From a bacterium (GTDB lineage: Bacteria > UBA8248), in contig CBDBEV010000001.1 of NCBI GenBank assembly GCA_965204535.1, positions 1,728,001-1,792,000 of the forward strand: DNA of 64,000 nt, written 5' to 3'. How positions within the stretch are numbered: the first letter of the stretch is position 1; the number at the start of each line of letters is the position of its first letter. Under the pieces are notes generated by a model. It was given only the letters and a program-made list of their open reading frames with translations, did not search any database and was not told where the DNA came from. This document shows, piece after piece, positions 28,196 to 38,847 of the stretch. The translations under genes were made by a program, and so were the position numbers.

Positions 28196-28317
28196 GCTCG
28201 TCCTCAGAAGATTTGTTGCGCGAAGGCGCTGTTTTTTTGTCGGATCGCTCTTTCAGGCGGTCGATGGCCCACTCTAGCAGATATGCGCGCATGCTGCGAG
28301 AAACCTCCCTTGTGAAT

Positions 28318-28944
28318 TCAGGCGGCGGGCGCGTCGCGGGGCGGCTCGTTCAGCCACTCGGCCATCTGGGCGAGAATTTCCCGCTTGCCCAGCCCCGTAT
28401 TCGCGCTGCAGAGAATCGGCCCGGACCACCTGCCGTACAATCCACCGCCGTCCACCATGGTCTTGACGAGCGCGTCCAGAACGCCTCTGCGCTCGTTCTG
28501 CTTCAGCTTGTCCGCCTTGGTGAGCACCAGACAGGCCGGCAGGTTCACCGCCGCGAGCCACTCGAGCAGATGCAGGTCCATCTCCCGTGCGCCCCGGCGC
28601 GAATCGATGAGCACCACCACGCCCTGTAGCGTTTCGCGGTGTTCGAGATAGGTCTCGATCATGGGCCGCCAGCGTGCCCTCTCGGCAAGCGGCACCCGCG
28701 CGTAGCCGTAGCCCGGCAAGTCCACGAGGTTGAAGCGATCATCGACGCCGAAGAAATTGACGAGCTGCGTCTTGCCGGGCGTAGCACTTGTCTTGGCGAG
28801 ACTCTTGCGGTTGGTCAGGAAGTTGATGAGCGAGGATTTGCCCACGTTGCTTCTTCCCGCAAAGGCGACCTCGGGCAATTCCGCCCTCGGCCAGCCCGCA
28901 CGCTCGGCGGCGCTTTTGATGAACCGCGCGTTTTGAATTCTCAT
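28318..28944 (-). CDS. engB: YihA/EngB GTP-binding protein
   Basis: GRSNVGKSS, TPGKT, DLPGYG, TKADK. Confidence 0.93.
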   Translation of the reverse strand: MRIQNARFIKSAAERAGWPRAELPEVAFAGRSNVGKSSLINFLTNRKSLAKTSATPGKTQLVNFFGVDDRFNLVDLPGYGYARVPLAERARWRPMIETYLEHRETLQGVVVLIDSRRGAREMDLHLLEWLAAVNLPACLVLTKADKLKQNERRGVLDALVKTMVDGGGLYGRWSGPILCSANTGLGKREILAQMAEWLNEPPRDAPAA

Positions 28945-28954
28945 GGCGCAAGCG

Positions 28955-30268
28955 TCAGGAGGAATCCCCCGCCGGGGGAGCGAATGCGTGAACGACGAGG
29001 CCGGTGCGTATCTTGGGATAGAAATAGGTGGACTTGTGCGGCATCTTGCCGCCCGCCTTGGCGATCTCGCACACCGACTCAAGTGGCGTGGGGTTCAGCA
29101 AAACGGCCGCCGCGCACTCCCCGCTTCTCGCGGAGTTGAACGCCAGTTCCGGGTCAGGCGTGAAGGCGATGTCCCCCTCCTCGTGAGAGGCCTTGAATGC
29201 GCCGTCCACGATCTCCTCATGGAGGCGGCTCACGTCGAGCGCCGCGACGGCCTCTTCCACGGAGGAGGTATCTCCGTCATGCCTCCCGATGAGATAGCGC
29301 ACGTTCGCGCCGCCGTCATAGAGACAAAACACGCTGGCTCCCCCGTTTTCTTGGGATAACGCCGAGAGACGCTCCGCTACCCGGCTGCAGGCTCCCGCCT
29401 CGGGCGCAGGCTCTTCCAGGACATCGTATTTCTCCGCAAGTGCTGCGAGAGCTTCTTCCGTCGTCGCGGATACCTTCTTCAGGAGTCTGTAGGTGGGAAG
29501 GATCACCATGCCCGGGTCCGCGACGTTGGCGAGGCACATGAGCGTGTAATCCGCCTCGCCCCCTACGGGAGCGCCCCCCGCGCGGGCGGCGTCACGCAAG
29601 TCCAGGGACGTTTCGTAGCGATGGTGTCCGTCGGCGATGAACACCTCCTTATCCAGAAGCGATTCCTGCGCGAGCGCGATGACGGCCGGGTCGTCGCACC
29701 GCCACAGGGTATGACGCACGCCGTCGTCTTCGAAATCGGCGATGGGCGCGCCCTTCTCCGCGCTCCTCAAGGCATTGTTCGCCGCCTCCCGGGGCTCGTC
29801 GTAAAAGCCGAAGATCGGCCCCAGGTGCGCGCCGCTCCTCCCCCACAGGTCGAACAGGTAGCCCTTGGGCTTCGGGAAGGTCTGCTCATGGGGGTGGATT
29901 TCGCCCGCGCCGTATGGTTCGAGCTTCACGACCGCGAAAAACGCATTCCGCTCCAGGCGCGTCCCGTCGGGCAGCGCGAAGCGCTGGCGGTAGGGATAGA
30001 GCGCGGGCGTATCGTCCAGGGTCATCGCCCCGCTCGCGCGCCAGTTTTCGAGATATTCGACCGCGCGTCCCACCCGGCCCGCGTCCCCGTCCTCATTCTC
30101 CAGGATTTCGCCCTGAATCAGCCGCACGATGTTCAGCGGATGTCGCTCGTAAAACGCGCGCCTCATTTCAGGCGTGAAGACGTCATAAGGCGGGGAGGAG
30201 ACCTTTCCCATTTCATCCGGTGCGATATTTGAATACCTCAGCGCGCGAAACGCCCTTACCTCAACCAC
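28955..30268 (-). CDS. DUF1015-family protein
   Basis: PPYDV, PHEQT, IADGHHRYE, MPHKSTYFYPK. Confidence 0.9.
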   Translation of the reverse strand: MVEVRAFRALRYSNIAPDEMGKVSSPPYDVFTPEMRRAFYERHPLNIVRLIQGEILENEDGDAGRVGRAVEYLENWRASGAMTLDDTPALYPYRQRFALPDGTRLERNAFFAVVKLEPYGAGEIHPHEQTFPKPKGYLFDLWGRSGAHLGPIFGFYDEPREAANNALRSAEKGAPIADFEDDGVRHTLWRCDDPAVIALAQESLLDKEVFIADGHHRYETSLDLRDAARAGGAPVGGEADYTLMCLANVADPGMVILPTYRLLKKVSATTEEALAALAEKYDVLEEPAPEAGACSRVAERLSALSQENGGASVFCLYDGGANVRYLIGRHDGDTSSVEEAVAALDVSRLHEEIVDGAFKASHEEGDIAFTPDPELAFNSARSGECAAAVLLNPTPLESVCEIAKAGGKMPHKSTYFYPKIRTGLVVHAFAPPAGDSS

Positions 30269-30508
30269 GGAAAACCCCTTTCATGAGAACGATGAGAACA
30301 GCGGCGAGGGGATATTAAGGTCGCGCATCCAAGCTGTCAAAACAGGATCGGGTCCATGCGCCGGTACGGATATTCGCCGCGCACTCCGGGCGTTTCGGGG
30401 ACGTTGAAAAAGCCCCGAAAAGGCGAGGTTGACCCGACCGATCGGGGAAGGCGCGCCGAACGCGCTGTTGCTCGTCATTCCGGCATTGCAGGGGTTATCC
30501 GACAACCC

Positions 30509-31927
30509 CTAGAGATCGGGTTTTCTCCCCCGCCATTCGGGGGTCGCTTCCTCATAGGCGTGGCCGACCCGGAAACCGCGCGCTTCATCGCCGGGGCGTG
30601 TCGTGATCTGCATCGCCATGGGGAGTCCGTGAGCCGAATCGAAGCCCGTGGGCACCATCAGGCCGGGAAATCCGAGAAAGTTCTGAACGCCCGTCAGGTT
30701 GCGTCCCAGGCCGATGAAATCCCTCTCCTTGCCGTTCACGAGCGCGGTGGTCGTTTCGATGGGCGCTGCGAGGCAGGGATAGCCCGGCGAGAGCATGGCG
30801 TCGTAAGGCTCCATGAGGTCGAGCATCCGGCGGCTGATCGCCTTTCGGTGGTTGAGCGCGTCGATATAGGTCGCAAGCGTGGTTTTCTCCGCGTTGGCGA
30901 TGCGCTCCTGCAAGCGGAGGCCGTAGCCCTCCGGATGGGCGTGGTAGCGCTCGCCGTGCACGCGGTAGAACTCCGCGTCCGCGATGGCCCGGCGATGGGG
31001 GTTGACCTCTCCCGCGAAGGGGCAGCGCACCTCTTCGATTTCGGCGCCCAGACCACGCAGCACGTCGAGCGCCGCTTGGAAAGCCTCCAGTATCGGCGCA
31101 TCGATCTCGACGTCGATCAGATCGGACGAAATCATGAAGCGCATGCCGCCGACGCCCTTTTCCAGGTCGGCGGTGAAATCGGGCGTATCCATATCGGCGG
31201 AGAAAGGGTCTTGTGCGTCGTAACCCGCGAGCGCCTGAAGCAACAATGCGCAATCGCGCACCGTCCGCGTCAGGGGGCCTACGTGATCGAGGCTCGTCGC
31301 GTTGGGATACACGCCGCGCAGGCTGATGCGCCCGTAAGTCGGTTTCAGGCCCACCACGCCGCAGATCGCCGCCGGCCCCCGCACGGAACCCCCGGTGTCG
31401 GTTCCGAGCGCGCCGGGCGCCATTCTCGCTGCGACCGCCGCGCCGGAACCGCCGCTCGAACCGGCGGGAACGCGGGTGAGGTCCCAGGGGTTGCGGCACG
31501 CGCCGTGGTGGGGGTTCTTGGTCGCCGACTCGGCGGCGAACTCCGCCGTATTGCACTTGCCGATCATGACGGCGCCCGCCTCGCGGAGCCTGCGGACGCA
31601 CTCGGCGTCTTCTTCCGGCACGTTGTCGCGGAAAAAGCTCGACCCCTGCGTGGTGCGCACGCCCGCCGTGTCGATGATGTCCTTGACGCCGATAGGCACG
31701 CCGTGCAGCGGCCCGCGGTTTCTTCCCGCCGCGATTTCCTCTTCAGCCGCTTTCGCCTCGGCGCGGGCGCGCTCGTGGGCCACGGTGGTGAAGGCGTTCA
31801 CCGCCGGGTTCAGCGCATCTACCCACGCAAGATGCGCTTCTGTCACTTCTACGGGGGATAAGTCTCTGGAAGCGATTTTTTTCGAGAGCTCATGAATGGT
31901 GAGATCGCAGATTTCGGTTGTGGACAT
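30509..31927 (-). CDS. amidase-signature family enzyme
   Basis: GPLHGVPIGVKD, GSSGGS, GTDTGGSVRGPA. Confidence 0.9.
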   Translation of the reverse strand: MSTTEICDLTIHELSKKIASRDLSPVEVTEAHLAWVDALNPAVNAFTTVAHERARAEAKAAEEEIAAGRNRGPLHGVPIGVKDIIDTAGVRTTQGSSFFRDNVPEEDAECVRRLREAGAVMIGKCNTAEFAAESATKNPHHGACRNPWDLTRVPAGSSGGSGAAVAARMAPGALGTDTGGSVRGPAAICGVVGLKPTYGRISLRGVYPNATSLDHVGPLTRTVRDCALLLQALAGYDAQDPFSADMDTPDFTADLEKGVGGMRFMISSDLIDVEIDAPILEAFQAALDVLRGLGAEIEEVRCPFAGEVNPHRRAIADAEFYRVHGERYHAHPEGYGLRLQERIANAEKTTLATYIDALNHRKAISRRMLDLMEPYDAMLSPGYPCLAAPIETTTALVNGKERDFIGLGRNLTGVQNFLGFPGLMVPTGFDSAHGLPMAMQITTRPGDEARGFRVGHAYEEATPEWRGRKPDL

Positions 31928-32217
31928 TCTCATTTCCTCGATTGCGTATGGATGGCCTGACGAGATCGAAAACCGGACTTTCGGCGATTCCATGCGCCAT
32001 TACCCGGGCCAAGCATCTTAGCAGGTTTTGGGCGTGAGACTAAGGATCGTGGATGCTTGCCGCCTTTATCGTCGAACCCATCCCGAGCGCGAAAAGACCT
32101 CCCTCGGTTCCGGCGCACGCATCGAAAGTGCTAGGATGATTTCTCGTTTCCATCAATCTTGTAGAGAGCGTCCCGGCGAAAACCGGGCGGACTCATCACC
32201 CAGCAAAGGAGCGCGTC

Positions 32218-33393
32218 ATGCCGGAAGCACCCGCCAACACCCGATGGTTCACCTATTTTCCCGAGGATTACCGCTGGTCTTCGGGCGTCGTGAACTGCCT
32301 CTCCGTAGCCCCCTGGGGCGGAGCCGACATCGGCGAGGTCGATCAGGTGGGCAGACGGCTCAGGAAAGACGTCGGAAACGACGCGCTATGGTTCCGCGAG
32401 TGGGTGCGCATGGCGAACAAGGTGCGCGATTTAGGCCTGGAGGCGGAGGAGAACAACCACCGCCTGAGCGCCGCCTACCACCACAAGCGCGCCGCGATGT
32501 ACTTTCAAATTGGCGAGCGTTTCCGCACGCCCAAGGACAAGCGGGCGAAAGACGCCTACCGGCTCGCCCTCGACAGCTTCCTGCGCTTCACGAAGCTGAC
32601 CGACGCGCCCCGGATCGAGCGCGTGGAGGTGCCTTACGAGAACGGCGTGAACCTGCCGGGGTATTTCGTGCACGCGCAGAACACGAAAAAGGCCAAACCG
32701 CCCGTCGTCGTCTACTTCGACGGTCTCGACATCACGAAGGAGATTCAATACCTGCGCGGCGTTGAGGAATTCGTGCGGCGCGGCATGAGCTGCCTCGTCA
32801 TGGACGGGCCGGGAACGGGGGAGGCCATCCGTTTCAGGGAGCAATACCTACGCCACGACTATGAGGCCGCAGGCTCCGCCGCCCTCGATTATCTGGAGGC
32901 GCGCGGGGATGTGAACGCCCGGAAGGCCGCTGTGATCGGCATCAGCCTGGGCGGATACTACGCGCCCCGCATCGCCAGCATGGAGAGGCGCTACAAGGCG
33001 TGTGTCGCATGGGGGGCGTGCTGGGATTATCACGCGACGTGGAAAAAGCGCGTCGCCGCCTCGATGCAGACGGAACTCTCCGTGCCGGGCCACCACATCC
33101 TTTGGATTTTCAACACGACGAATTTCGAGGACACCTTCAAGAAACTCGAAGACTTCCGCCTCGACGGCGTGGTGCAGAAGATGCGGTGTCCCTTTCTGCT
33201 CACCCACGGGATCGACGACAAGCAGGTGCCCACGCGCGATGCGAGAAAACTATTCAACGCGGTGGGTTCCAAGGACAAGACGCTCAAGATATTCACCGTC
33301 AGGGAGGGGGGCTCCCAGCACTGCCAGCGCGACAACCTCTCGCTCGGCGTCACTTACATCGCGGATTGGCTGATGGAGAAGCTCAGGCCGTGA
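32218..33393 (+). CDS. alpha/beta hydrolase (2,6-dihydroxypseudooxynicotine hydrolase/FrsA-like)
   Basis: GLDITKE, DGPGTGE, nucleophile GISLGG, HCQRDN. Confidence 0.85.
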   Translation: MPEAPANTRWFTYFPEDYRWSSGVVNCLSVAPWGGADIGEVDQVGRRLRKDVGNDALWFREWVRMANKVRDLGLEAEENNHRLSAAYHHKRAAMYFQIGERFRTPKDKRAKDAYRLALDSFLRFTKLTDAPRIERVEVPYENGVNLPGYFVHAQNTKKAKPPVVVYFDGLDITKEIQYLRGVEEFVRRGMSCLVMDGPGTGEAIRFREQYLRHDYEAAGSAALDYLEARGDVNARKAAVIGISLGGYYAPRIASMERRYKACVAWGACWDYHATWKKRVAASMQTELSVPGHHILWIFNTTNFEDTFKKLEDFRLDGVVQKMRCPFLLTHGIDDKQVPTRDARKLFNAVGSKDKTLKIFTVREGGSQHCQRDNLSLGVTYIADWLMEKLRP

Positions 33394-33442
33394 GGAGACG
33401 ACTCATATCGGATTGAGGAAGAGTCGCCCCGGAAGCGCATAA

Positions 33443-34303
33443 TCATGAGCAAATAGTGTTGATCCGTTCCTCAAGAAAGTCGGCGAGTTTCAGCGCATCC
33501 CTGTCACATGTCACCCGCAGACGATGGATCAACCGCTCATAGGGAAGAAACTGCATCTGATCCTTGAATTCAGGAAGCAGAACTTCATCCCGGAAATTCT
33601 GGGTCTGCTTTTTTACTTTCGCGGCAGTTCGCTCTGGACAGATCGCAAGAACCCCGAAGAATGCCTTCTGAGATCGTCTAGCCGCCTCCGCCGCGAAAAG
33701 GAAATTTCGCATCAGTTGATAGTATGAACCGGCAAACGGGCAGGTATCGCCATACGACTGCTCTGCAAAGATTTCCTGTCGAAAATAAGACCTCCCAAGA
33801 CACCAATAATAACGCGGTGCTCGTCTACCGTCTCGTACTTTAAGGCGACACCAAGCGTTTGTTTTTGTCTTGAGGTCAGACCCGGGACCATAGTAACCGA
33901 CGCAATTTTTCCTCCTGACTTGACTACATGAACCGAAACCTTCTTTCGCATCGCCAACGAATTTGGACTCGAAACAGATAATCTCCCTTGATGATCTACA
34001 GAAAAAATCCACGCTGGTGGGCTGCCCATGTCCTTTTTCGTTGAGGATATCCTTATCCTCATATTCCGTTAAAATTTCCCACTCTTTGGGATCAGGCGCC
34101 GGAATCTTCGGAAATGCTTCTACAAGAAGGTTAGTCAATACTTTGTTACCAACAGCAAGGTTGCGCAGCGAACCCAGCGCGCTCAGGCAGAACACCTGCG
34201 ATGATCGCTCCGAATACGCATCACTATGCCAGTTAAAGGACGGGTTGCGTTCTCGCTCTGTCAAAGCAAGGTCGTACAACGTCGGATTGTTAGGGCCAAA
34301 CAT
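33443..34303 (-). CDS. putative PD-(D/E)xK restriction-endonuclease-like protein (PGN_0703-like)
   Basis: SSQVFC, TSVD, FESKF, YYQLMRN; lower GC than flanks. Confidence 0.6.
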   Translation of the reverse strand: MFGPNNPTLYDLALTERERNPSFNWHSDAYSERSSQVFCLSALGSLRNLAVGNKVLTNLLVEAFPKIPAPDPKEWEILTEYEDKDILNEKGHGQPTSVDFFCRSSREIICFESKFVGDAKEGFGSCSQVRRKNCVGYYGPGSDLKTKTNAWCRLKVRDGRRAPRYYWCLGRSYFRQEIFAEQSYGDTCPFAGSYYQLMRNFLFAAEAARRSQKAFFGVLAICPERTAAKVKKQTQNFRDEVLLPEFKDQMQFLPYERLIHRLRVTCDRDALKLADFLEERINTICS

Positions 34304-34304
34304 C

Positions 34305-34931
34305 CTAATTCACCCCCGCAAGCCACGCCTCCGCCTCCTTACGGACGGCTGCCTCTTCCGCGCTGTGCTGGAGAACGATGTCCCTGGCGGGCGGGTAGCC
34401 GATTTTCGCGTTCCGCCAGCAATGGTAGCGAATGGCCGCTGGGTAGCCTGCGAGGTCGATGGATGCGTAGAACGAGGCGGGCACTTCGTCGGGCTTGTAG
34501 GGGTCCATTCTGTCTTTTTCGTAGATGTTGGTCCGCTTCCAGATGCGCCATCCGCCGTCCCGTTTTTCGAGCAATGCGAGGACGCGGCTCCAGGTGGTGA
34601 AATCGAGTTCCACGCCGTCGATGAGCCTTCTCTGGTAGAGGATCAGGTCGTGCTCGGCGGCGGCGCGTAAGCCTGCCAGGCGCACCCAGGGGTTCGTGAC
34701 GGTGTGTTTCTGGCTCTCGCCGGGGTGGCGAGCGATTTTCATCTTCTTCGCGGCTTCGACGAATTCATCCCGCGTTCCGCTGAACCACGAGGTCGTGAGC
34801 GTGGCGTCGGGGTGATAGCACTCACGCCACGCCTCCCAGAGGCCTGCGTCGCGCGCGTAGTTCACGATCGAGAGAACGTCCTTTATCTCGCTCTTGTCGG
34901 CGTTCTCCTGAATTCTTCCGCTCTCTTCCAT
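34305..34931 (-). CDS. SnoaL/NTF2-like protein
   Basis: YARDAGLW..YHPDA..WFSG, EKRDGGWRI, IYEKDR. Confidence 0.8.
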   Translation of the reverse strand: MEESGRIQENADKSEIKDVLSIVNYARDAGLWEAWRECYHPDATLTTSWFSGTRDEFVEAAKKMKIARHPGESQKHTVTNPWVRLAGLRAAAEHDLILYQRRLIDGVELDFTTWSRVLALLEKRDGGWRIWKRTNIYEKDRMDPYKPDEVPASFYASIDLAGYPAAIRYHCWRNAKIGYPPARDIVLQHSAEEAAVRKEAEAWLAGVN

Positions 34932-34940
34932 AACGCTTCC

Positions 34941-35357
34941 TTAAACGAACTCGTGCACTTCGGCGAACATGCCCTTCACGACGCCTCCGCTCAGGTGGCC
35001 GACCAAGACTTCGCCCGGCTGATAGGGGCCGCCGCTCAGCGCCAGATGCAGGTGGATGTAGGGTTTGGGTTCCTCCCACGTCTCATCGTCCCTAACGGCG
35101 GGCGGCTGTTCGGGCCAGGAGATATTGCCCACGGCGATGAGTTCGCGCCAGTCGTGGAAATAGCGCCGCGCCGATGGGCCGATTACCTCCCGGAAACCCG
35201 TGCGGATGTCCGATTCCTTGAGCGCGCCGAACACGATGAGCGAGGCGCTCCGTATGTTCTCCTTGATAACGAAACGCTCGAATTCCCCGAAGAAATCATC
35301 GTCCTCATCGAATTCCAGATGAAAGACGCGGCCCAGCTTCTTCTCTTCCGCTCGCAT
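34941..35357 (-). CDS. PPC/DUF296 domain protein
   Basis: GNISW, HLHLAL, VGHL. Confidence 0.8.
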   Translation of the reverse strand: MRAEEKKLGRVFHLEFDEDDDFFGEFERFVIKENIRSASLIVFGALKESDIRTGFREVIGPSARRYFHDWRELIAVGNISWPEQPPAVRDDETWEEPKPYIHLHLALSGGPYQPGEVLVGHLSGGVVKGMFAEVHEFV

Positions 35358-35360
35358 GTC

Positions 35361-36224
35361 CTAACCCTCCTTCACCTCCGCGTAGAGGTTCTCGAGCCCC
35401 CGCCTGAAAGTCCTTCGCCTGTGCGCAATCCACGATTCGCCCCGCCCCGTATCGGACCAGAAGAATTTCTCGAACGAATCGTCGGTTGAGGCATCCTCCC
35501 GCGTCATACCCTTTTCCACCAATCCTGCCATGATTCCCCACATCTCCTCGAATTCGTTCCTGAAGCGGCGCACCTCCTCAACGCCGCATATCTCCCCGTG
35601 GCCGGGGACGATGTGCGCCACGGGCAGGCTCTCCATCCATGCGAGCGCTTCGATCCACTCCCGAAAGCGCGCCTCGCGCATGCCGGGGCCCGGTTCGTTG
35701 ATCATCACGTCGCCCGTGAAGATGACGCCTTCTTCCGGCACGTAGACCGAACTGCATGCGGGCGTGTGGCCGCCCAGGCGGTAAATCTGAAATGTCAGTG
35801 GATGCAAGTGGAGTGTCATTCCCTCATCGAAGCACACCTGCGGGAGGGGCAGGACGGCTTCCGCGATCTCTTTCGCCTCATCATGCGCGCCGATGTCATC
35901 CAGCGTGTCGATGAAGGTGTCGCGTCCGGCGAGAGAGCCTTCCTTCGCGGCGAGCGCATCGTACACGCGCTGAGGCGCGATGGAGACGACATCCGCATCC
36001 TCGATGAACGCAGCACCGATGGTGTGATCGCCGTGATAGTCCGTGGAGATGCGGTAGCGGATGCCCTTGGGACTTAGGGCCCTTAATTTCTCTTGCCAAC
36101 CCCGCGAGTCCGTGGGGCGCACGGGACAGTCGATGAGCACCACGCCGGCAGCGGTGACGGCAGCGCCCACGTTCGCCCAGAGATATTCCGTCTCCGCCAC
36201 CAGGTGCTCACTCAGGCGCCGCAT
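35361..36224 (-). CDS. metallo-beta-lactamase-fold hydrolase
   Basis: TDYHGDH, GHT, FTGD, VPGHG. Confidence 0.85.
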   Translation of the reverse strand: MRRLSEHLVAETEYLWANVGAAVTAAGVVLIDCPVRPTDSRGWQEKLRALSPKGIRYRISTDYHGDHTIGAAFIEDADVVSIAPQRVYDALAAKEGSLAGRDTFIDTLDDIGAHDEAKEIAEAVLPLPQVCFDEGMTLHLHPLTFQIYRLGGHTPACSSVYVPEEGVIFTGDVMINEPGPGMREARFREWIEALAWMESLPVAHIVPGHGEICGVEEVRRFRNEFEEMWGIMAGLVEKGMTREDASTDDSFEKFFWSDTGRGESWIAHRRRTFRRGLENLYAEVKEG

Positions 36225-36315
36225 ATCCTGTTCCTGCCCATACGAAAAAACGCAGAGGCGGGGGCGCGAAGCACACCCCCGCCAAGACTGTCCGTTTCTT
36301 AAGAACGCCCGGTTC

Positions 36316-37305
36316 TTAGTTTCTGATCTTCACCCCTGCGTTCTTGTAGATGTCCTTGTTGCTCTCGTATTCCGCTCTCACCTCTTTCAGGAGCTTCTCG
36401 CCGACGACTGGTTCGGCCTTGACGCCCATCTTCCTGAGCAGACGCTTGAAGGTCTTGTCCTTCGCCACCTTGAGCAGGGCCTTCGTCAGGATGTCGATGC
36501 GATCCTTGGGCGTTCCCGCGGGCGCCATGACGATGCGTTTCGAAGACAGCAGAAGGTCCACCCCCTGCTCCCTGAAGGTCGGCACGTCCGGGAAAAGCGG
36601 GAACCGCTTGACGGCGGCGACGCCCAGAAGGCGGATTTTGCCGGACTTGTAGTTGGAGAGAACGCCGCCCGTCGCCGGGTTGGCGCCCGCCGTTTGCACG
36701 TGTCCGCCCAGCATGGCCTTCATGGCCGGGCCGCCGCCTCGGAAGGGAACGTGGGGCAACGGAGCCTTCGTGTCGTATGCGATCTTGAGCATCATGGTGT
36801 GGCTCAGGCCGTATGTTCCCGTGGAGCCGTGCTTGATCTTGCCTTTGCTCTTCTTTGCCGCGGCGATGTATTCCTTGAAATTCTTCCACGGCTGGCTCCC
36901 CAGCGTGGCCAGCATGTAGGGCAGTTCGTTGATCTGGAAAACGGGGATAAAATCCTTGAAGGGGTCGAAGCCCATGTCCTTCACGTGGGGCGACATGTAG
37001 AGGTGGCTGTTTGCGCCCATCGCGAGGGTGTAGCCGTCCGGCTTGGCGCGCTTGAGCGCTCCCATCCCTATTTTTCCGCCGCCGCCCGGCATGAGCTGGA
37101 CGTAAGCGGGCTGACCGATGTACTGGTGAAGCACGCTCGCCACGGCGCGCGAGTGGAGGTCGTGCGATCCGCCCGCGCCCAGAGGCACGATGATCTTGAT
37201 GGGTTTCGAGGGATACTTCTCCGCCGCCGCGGGGGGGACGGTGAAAGCGAGGAGCCCGAGCGACAAGACTACCGCCAGGGCGATCTTCCATGTTTTGCGC
37301 ATCAT
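36316..37305 (-). CDS. tctC: tripartite tricarboxylate transporter binding protein
   Basis: YPSKPIKIIVP.GAGG, PDGYTL, VPFRGGG, PDVPT; signal peptide. Confidence 0.9.
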   Translation of the reverse strand: MMRKTWKIALAVVLSLGLLAFTVPPAAAEKYPSKPIKIIVPLGAGGSHDLHSRAVASVLHQYIGQPAYVQLMPGGGGKIGMGALKRAKPDGYTLAMGANSHLYMSPHVKDMGFDPFKDFIPVFQINELPYMLATLGSQPWKNFKEYIAAAKKSKGKIKHGSTGTYGLSHTMMLKIAYDTKAPLPHVPFRGGGPAMKAMLGGHVQTAGANPATGGVLSNYKSGKIRLLGVAAVKRFPLFPDVPTFREQGVDLLLSSKRIVMAPAGTPKDRIDILTKALLKVAKDKTFKRLLRKMGVKAEPVVGEKLLKEVRAEYESNKDIYKNAGVKIRN

Positions 37306-38840
37306 TTTGGTTCCTCCTTTGAATTGGATGAATCGGCTACCGTCTGCGGCCTCATGGTCTCGGCCCACGGTCGCTTCCAGATGCTCGTCACCAGCATGAG
37401 CACGGTCAAACCGATGAAACAAGCCGCGATGGGGCGAGTGATGAAGACAGAATAATCGCCGTCGGAGATGATAAGCGCCTGCTGAAGCGCTTCTTCCGCC
37501 CTGGGCGCCAGGATGAATGCGATGACGAGCGGTGCCATCGGAAACTTGAGTTTTCTAAACCCGTATCCGAACAGGCCCGCGACGAGCGCCAGCACGAGGT
37601 CTCCCAGGTTGCTGTGATAGACGTACGCCCCCACCAGACAGGAGACGATGATGCCCGGCACCAGTAACGACTGGCGGATGGTGACGATCTTGGCGAACAT
37701 GCCCGTCAAGAGCCAGCCCTGAACCAGCATGATGGGGTTCCCTATCAGCAGCAGTGTGAAGATGGCGTACATGACGGGGGCGTGTTCCTGGAAAAGGCTC
37801 GGGCCGGGCCGCAGCCCCTGGGCGATGAACGCGCCCATGAGAATCGCCGCGCTCGGGTCTCCCGGAATACCGAAAGTGAGGGTGGGGATCAGGTCCGCGC
37901 CCGCGACGGCGCTGTTGGCGGCTTCAGAGGCCGCGACGCCCTCGTAGCTGCCGTGGCCGTACTCTTCGGGTTTTTTGGAAGCCCGTTTCGCCGCCGCGTA
38001 GCTCACGAAGGTGGCGATGGCCGCTCCCGTGCCCGGAATCGCGCCGACGAAGGTGCCTATCATGGACGAGCGCACGATGGTGCGCGCCGAATGCCAGACC
38101 TCGATGATCTTGAGTTTCCTGCCGCCTCGCAGATGCAGGGTATCGGGCGGGCTCGAGAGGACGGAAGCCTTTTTTTCCGCCTGTATGAACACCTCGCTCA
38201 CGGCGAAAAGCCCGATGAGCAGGGGAACCACCCCAATCCCTTCGGCCAGTCCGTGAAGACCGAACGTGAAGCGCTCCCCGCCCGAGATGATGTCCGTGCC
38301 CACCATGCCGAGTTGGAGTCCGATGAGGGCCGACAGCACGCCCTTCACCAGGGAGGCGCCCGTCACGCTGGAGATGATGGCCAGCCCCATGAGCAGGAGC
38401 CCGAAAAACTCGGTCGGCCCGAACAGGAGCGCCACAGCGGCCAGCGGAAGCGCCGCGAGAATCAGTACGAGATCGCTGAAAGTATCGCCGATGGTCGAGG
38501 AGTAGAGCGCCATCTGGATCGCACTCCTCGCCTCTCCTTTTTGCGCGAGCGGAAACCCGTCCATACACGTCGCCGCCGCAGGCGCGGTTCCTGGCGTGTT
38601 CACCAGAATGGCGGGGATGGAGCCTCCGAAAAGGGTTCCCTTGTGAATCCCCAGCAAGAAGGGGATGCCCAGCACGGGCGGCATGAAAAAGGAGAAGGGA
38701 ACCAGAATCGCCGTCGCCATCACGCTGGTGAGCCCCGGAATGGCGCCCACCGTGATGCCTACGAAGACGCCCAGCGCAATCATGGCGATACCCTGCCACG
38801 TAAGCGCCATCGTAACTCCCTGGAGTATCTGTTCGAACAT
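37302..38840 (-). CDS. tctA: tripartite tricarboxylate transporter large permease
   Basis: GAIPGL, NTPGT, DGFPLA, EAANSA, GIPG. Confidence 0.92.
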   Translation of the reverse strand: MFEQILQGVTMALTWQGIAMIALGVFVGITVGAIPGLTSVMATAILVPFSFFMPPVLGIPFLLGIHKGTLFGGSIPAILVNTPGTAPAAATCMDGFPLAQKGEARSAIQMALYSSTIGDTFSDLVLILAALPLAAVALLFGPTEFFGLLLMGLAIISSVTGASLVKGVLSALIGLQLGMVGTDIISGGERFTFGLHGLAEGIGVVPLLIGLFAVSEVFIQAEKKASVLSSPPDTLHLRGGRKLKIIEVWHSARTIVRSSMIGTFVGAIPGTGAAIATFVSYAAAKRASKKPEEYGHGSYEGVAASEAANSAVAGADLIPTLTFGIPGDPSAAILMGAFIAQGLRPGPSLFQEHAPVMYAIFTLLLIGNPIMLVQGWLLTGMFAKIVTIRQSLLVPGIIVSCLVGAYVYHSNLGDLVLALVAGLFGYGFRKLKFPMAPLVIAFILAPRAEEALQQALIISDGDYSVFITRPIAACFIGLTVLMLVTSIWKRPWAETMRPQTVADSSNSKEEPK

Positions 38841-38847
38841 ACGCGCC

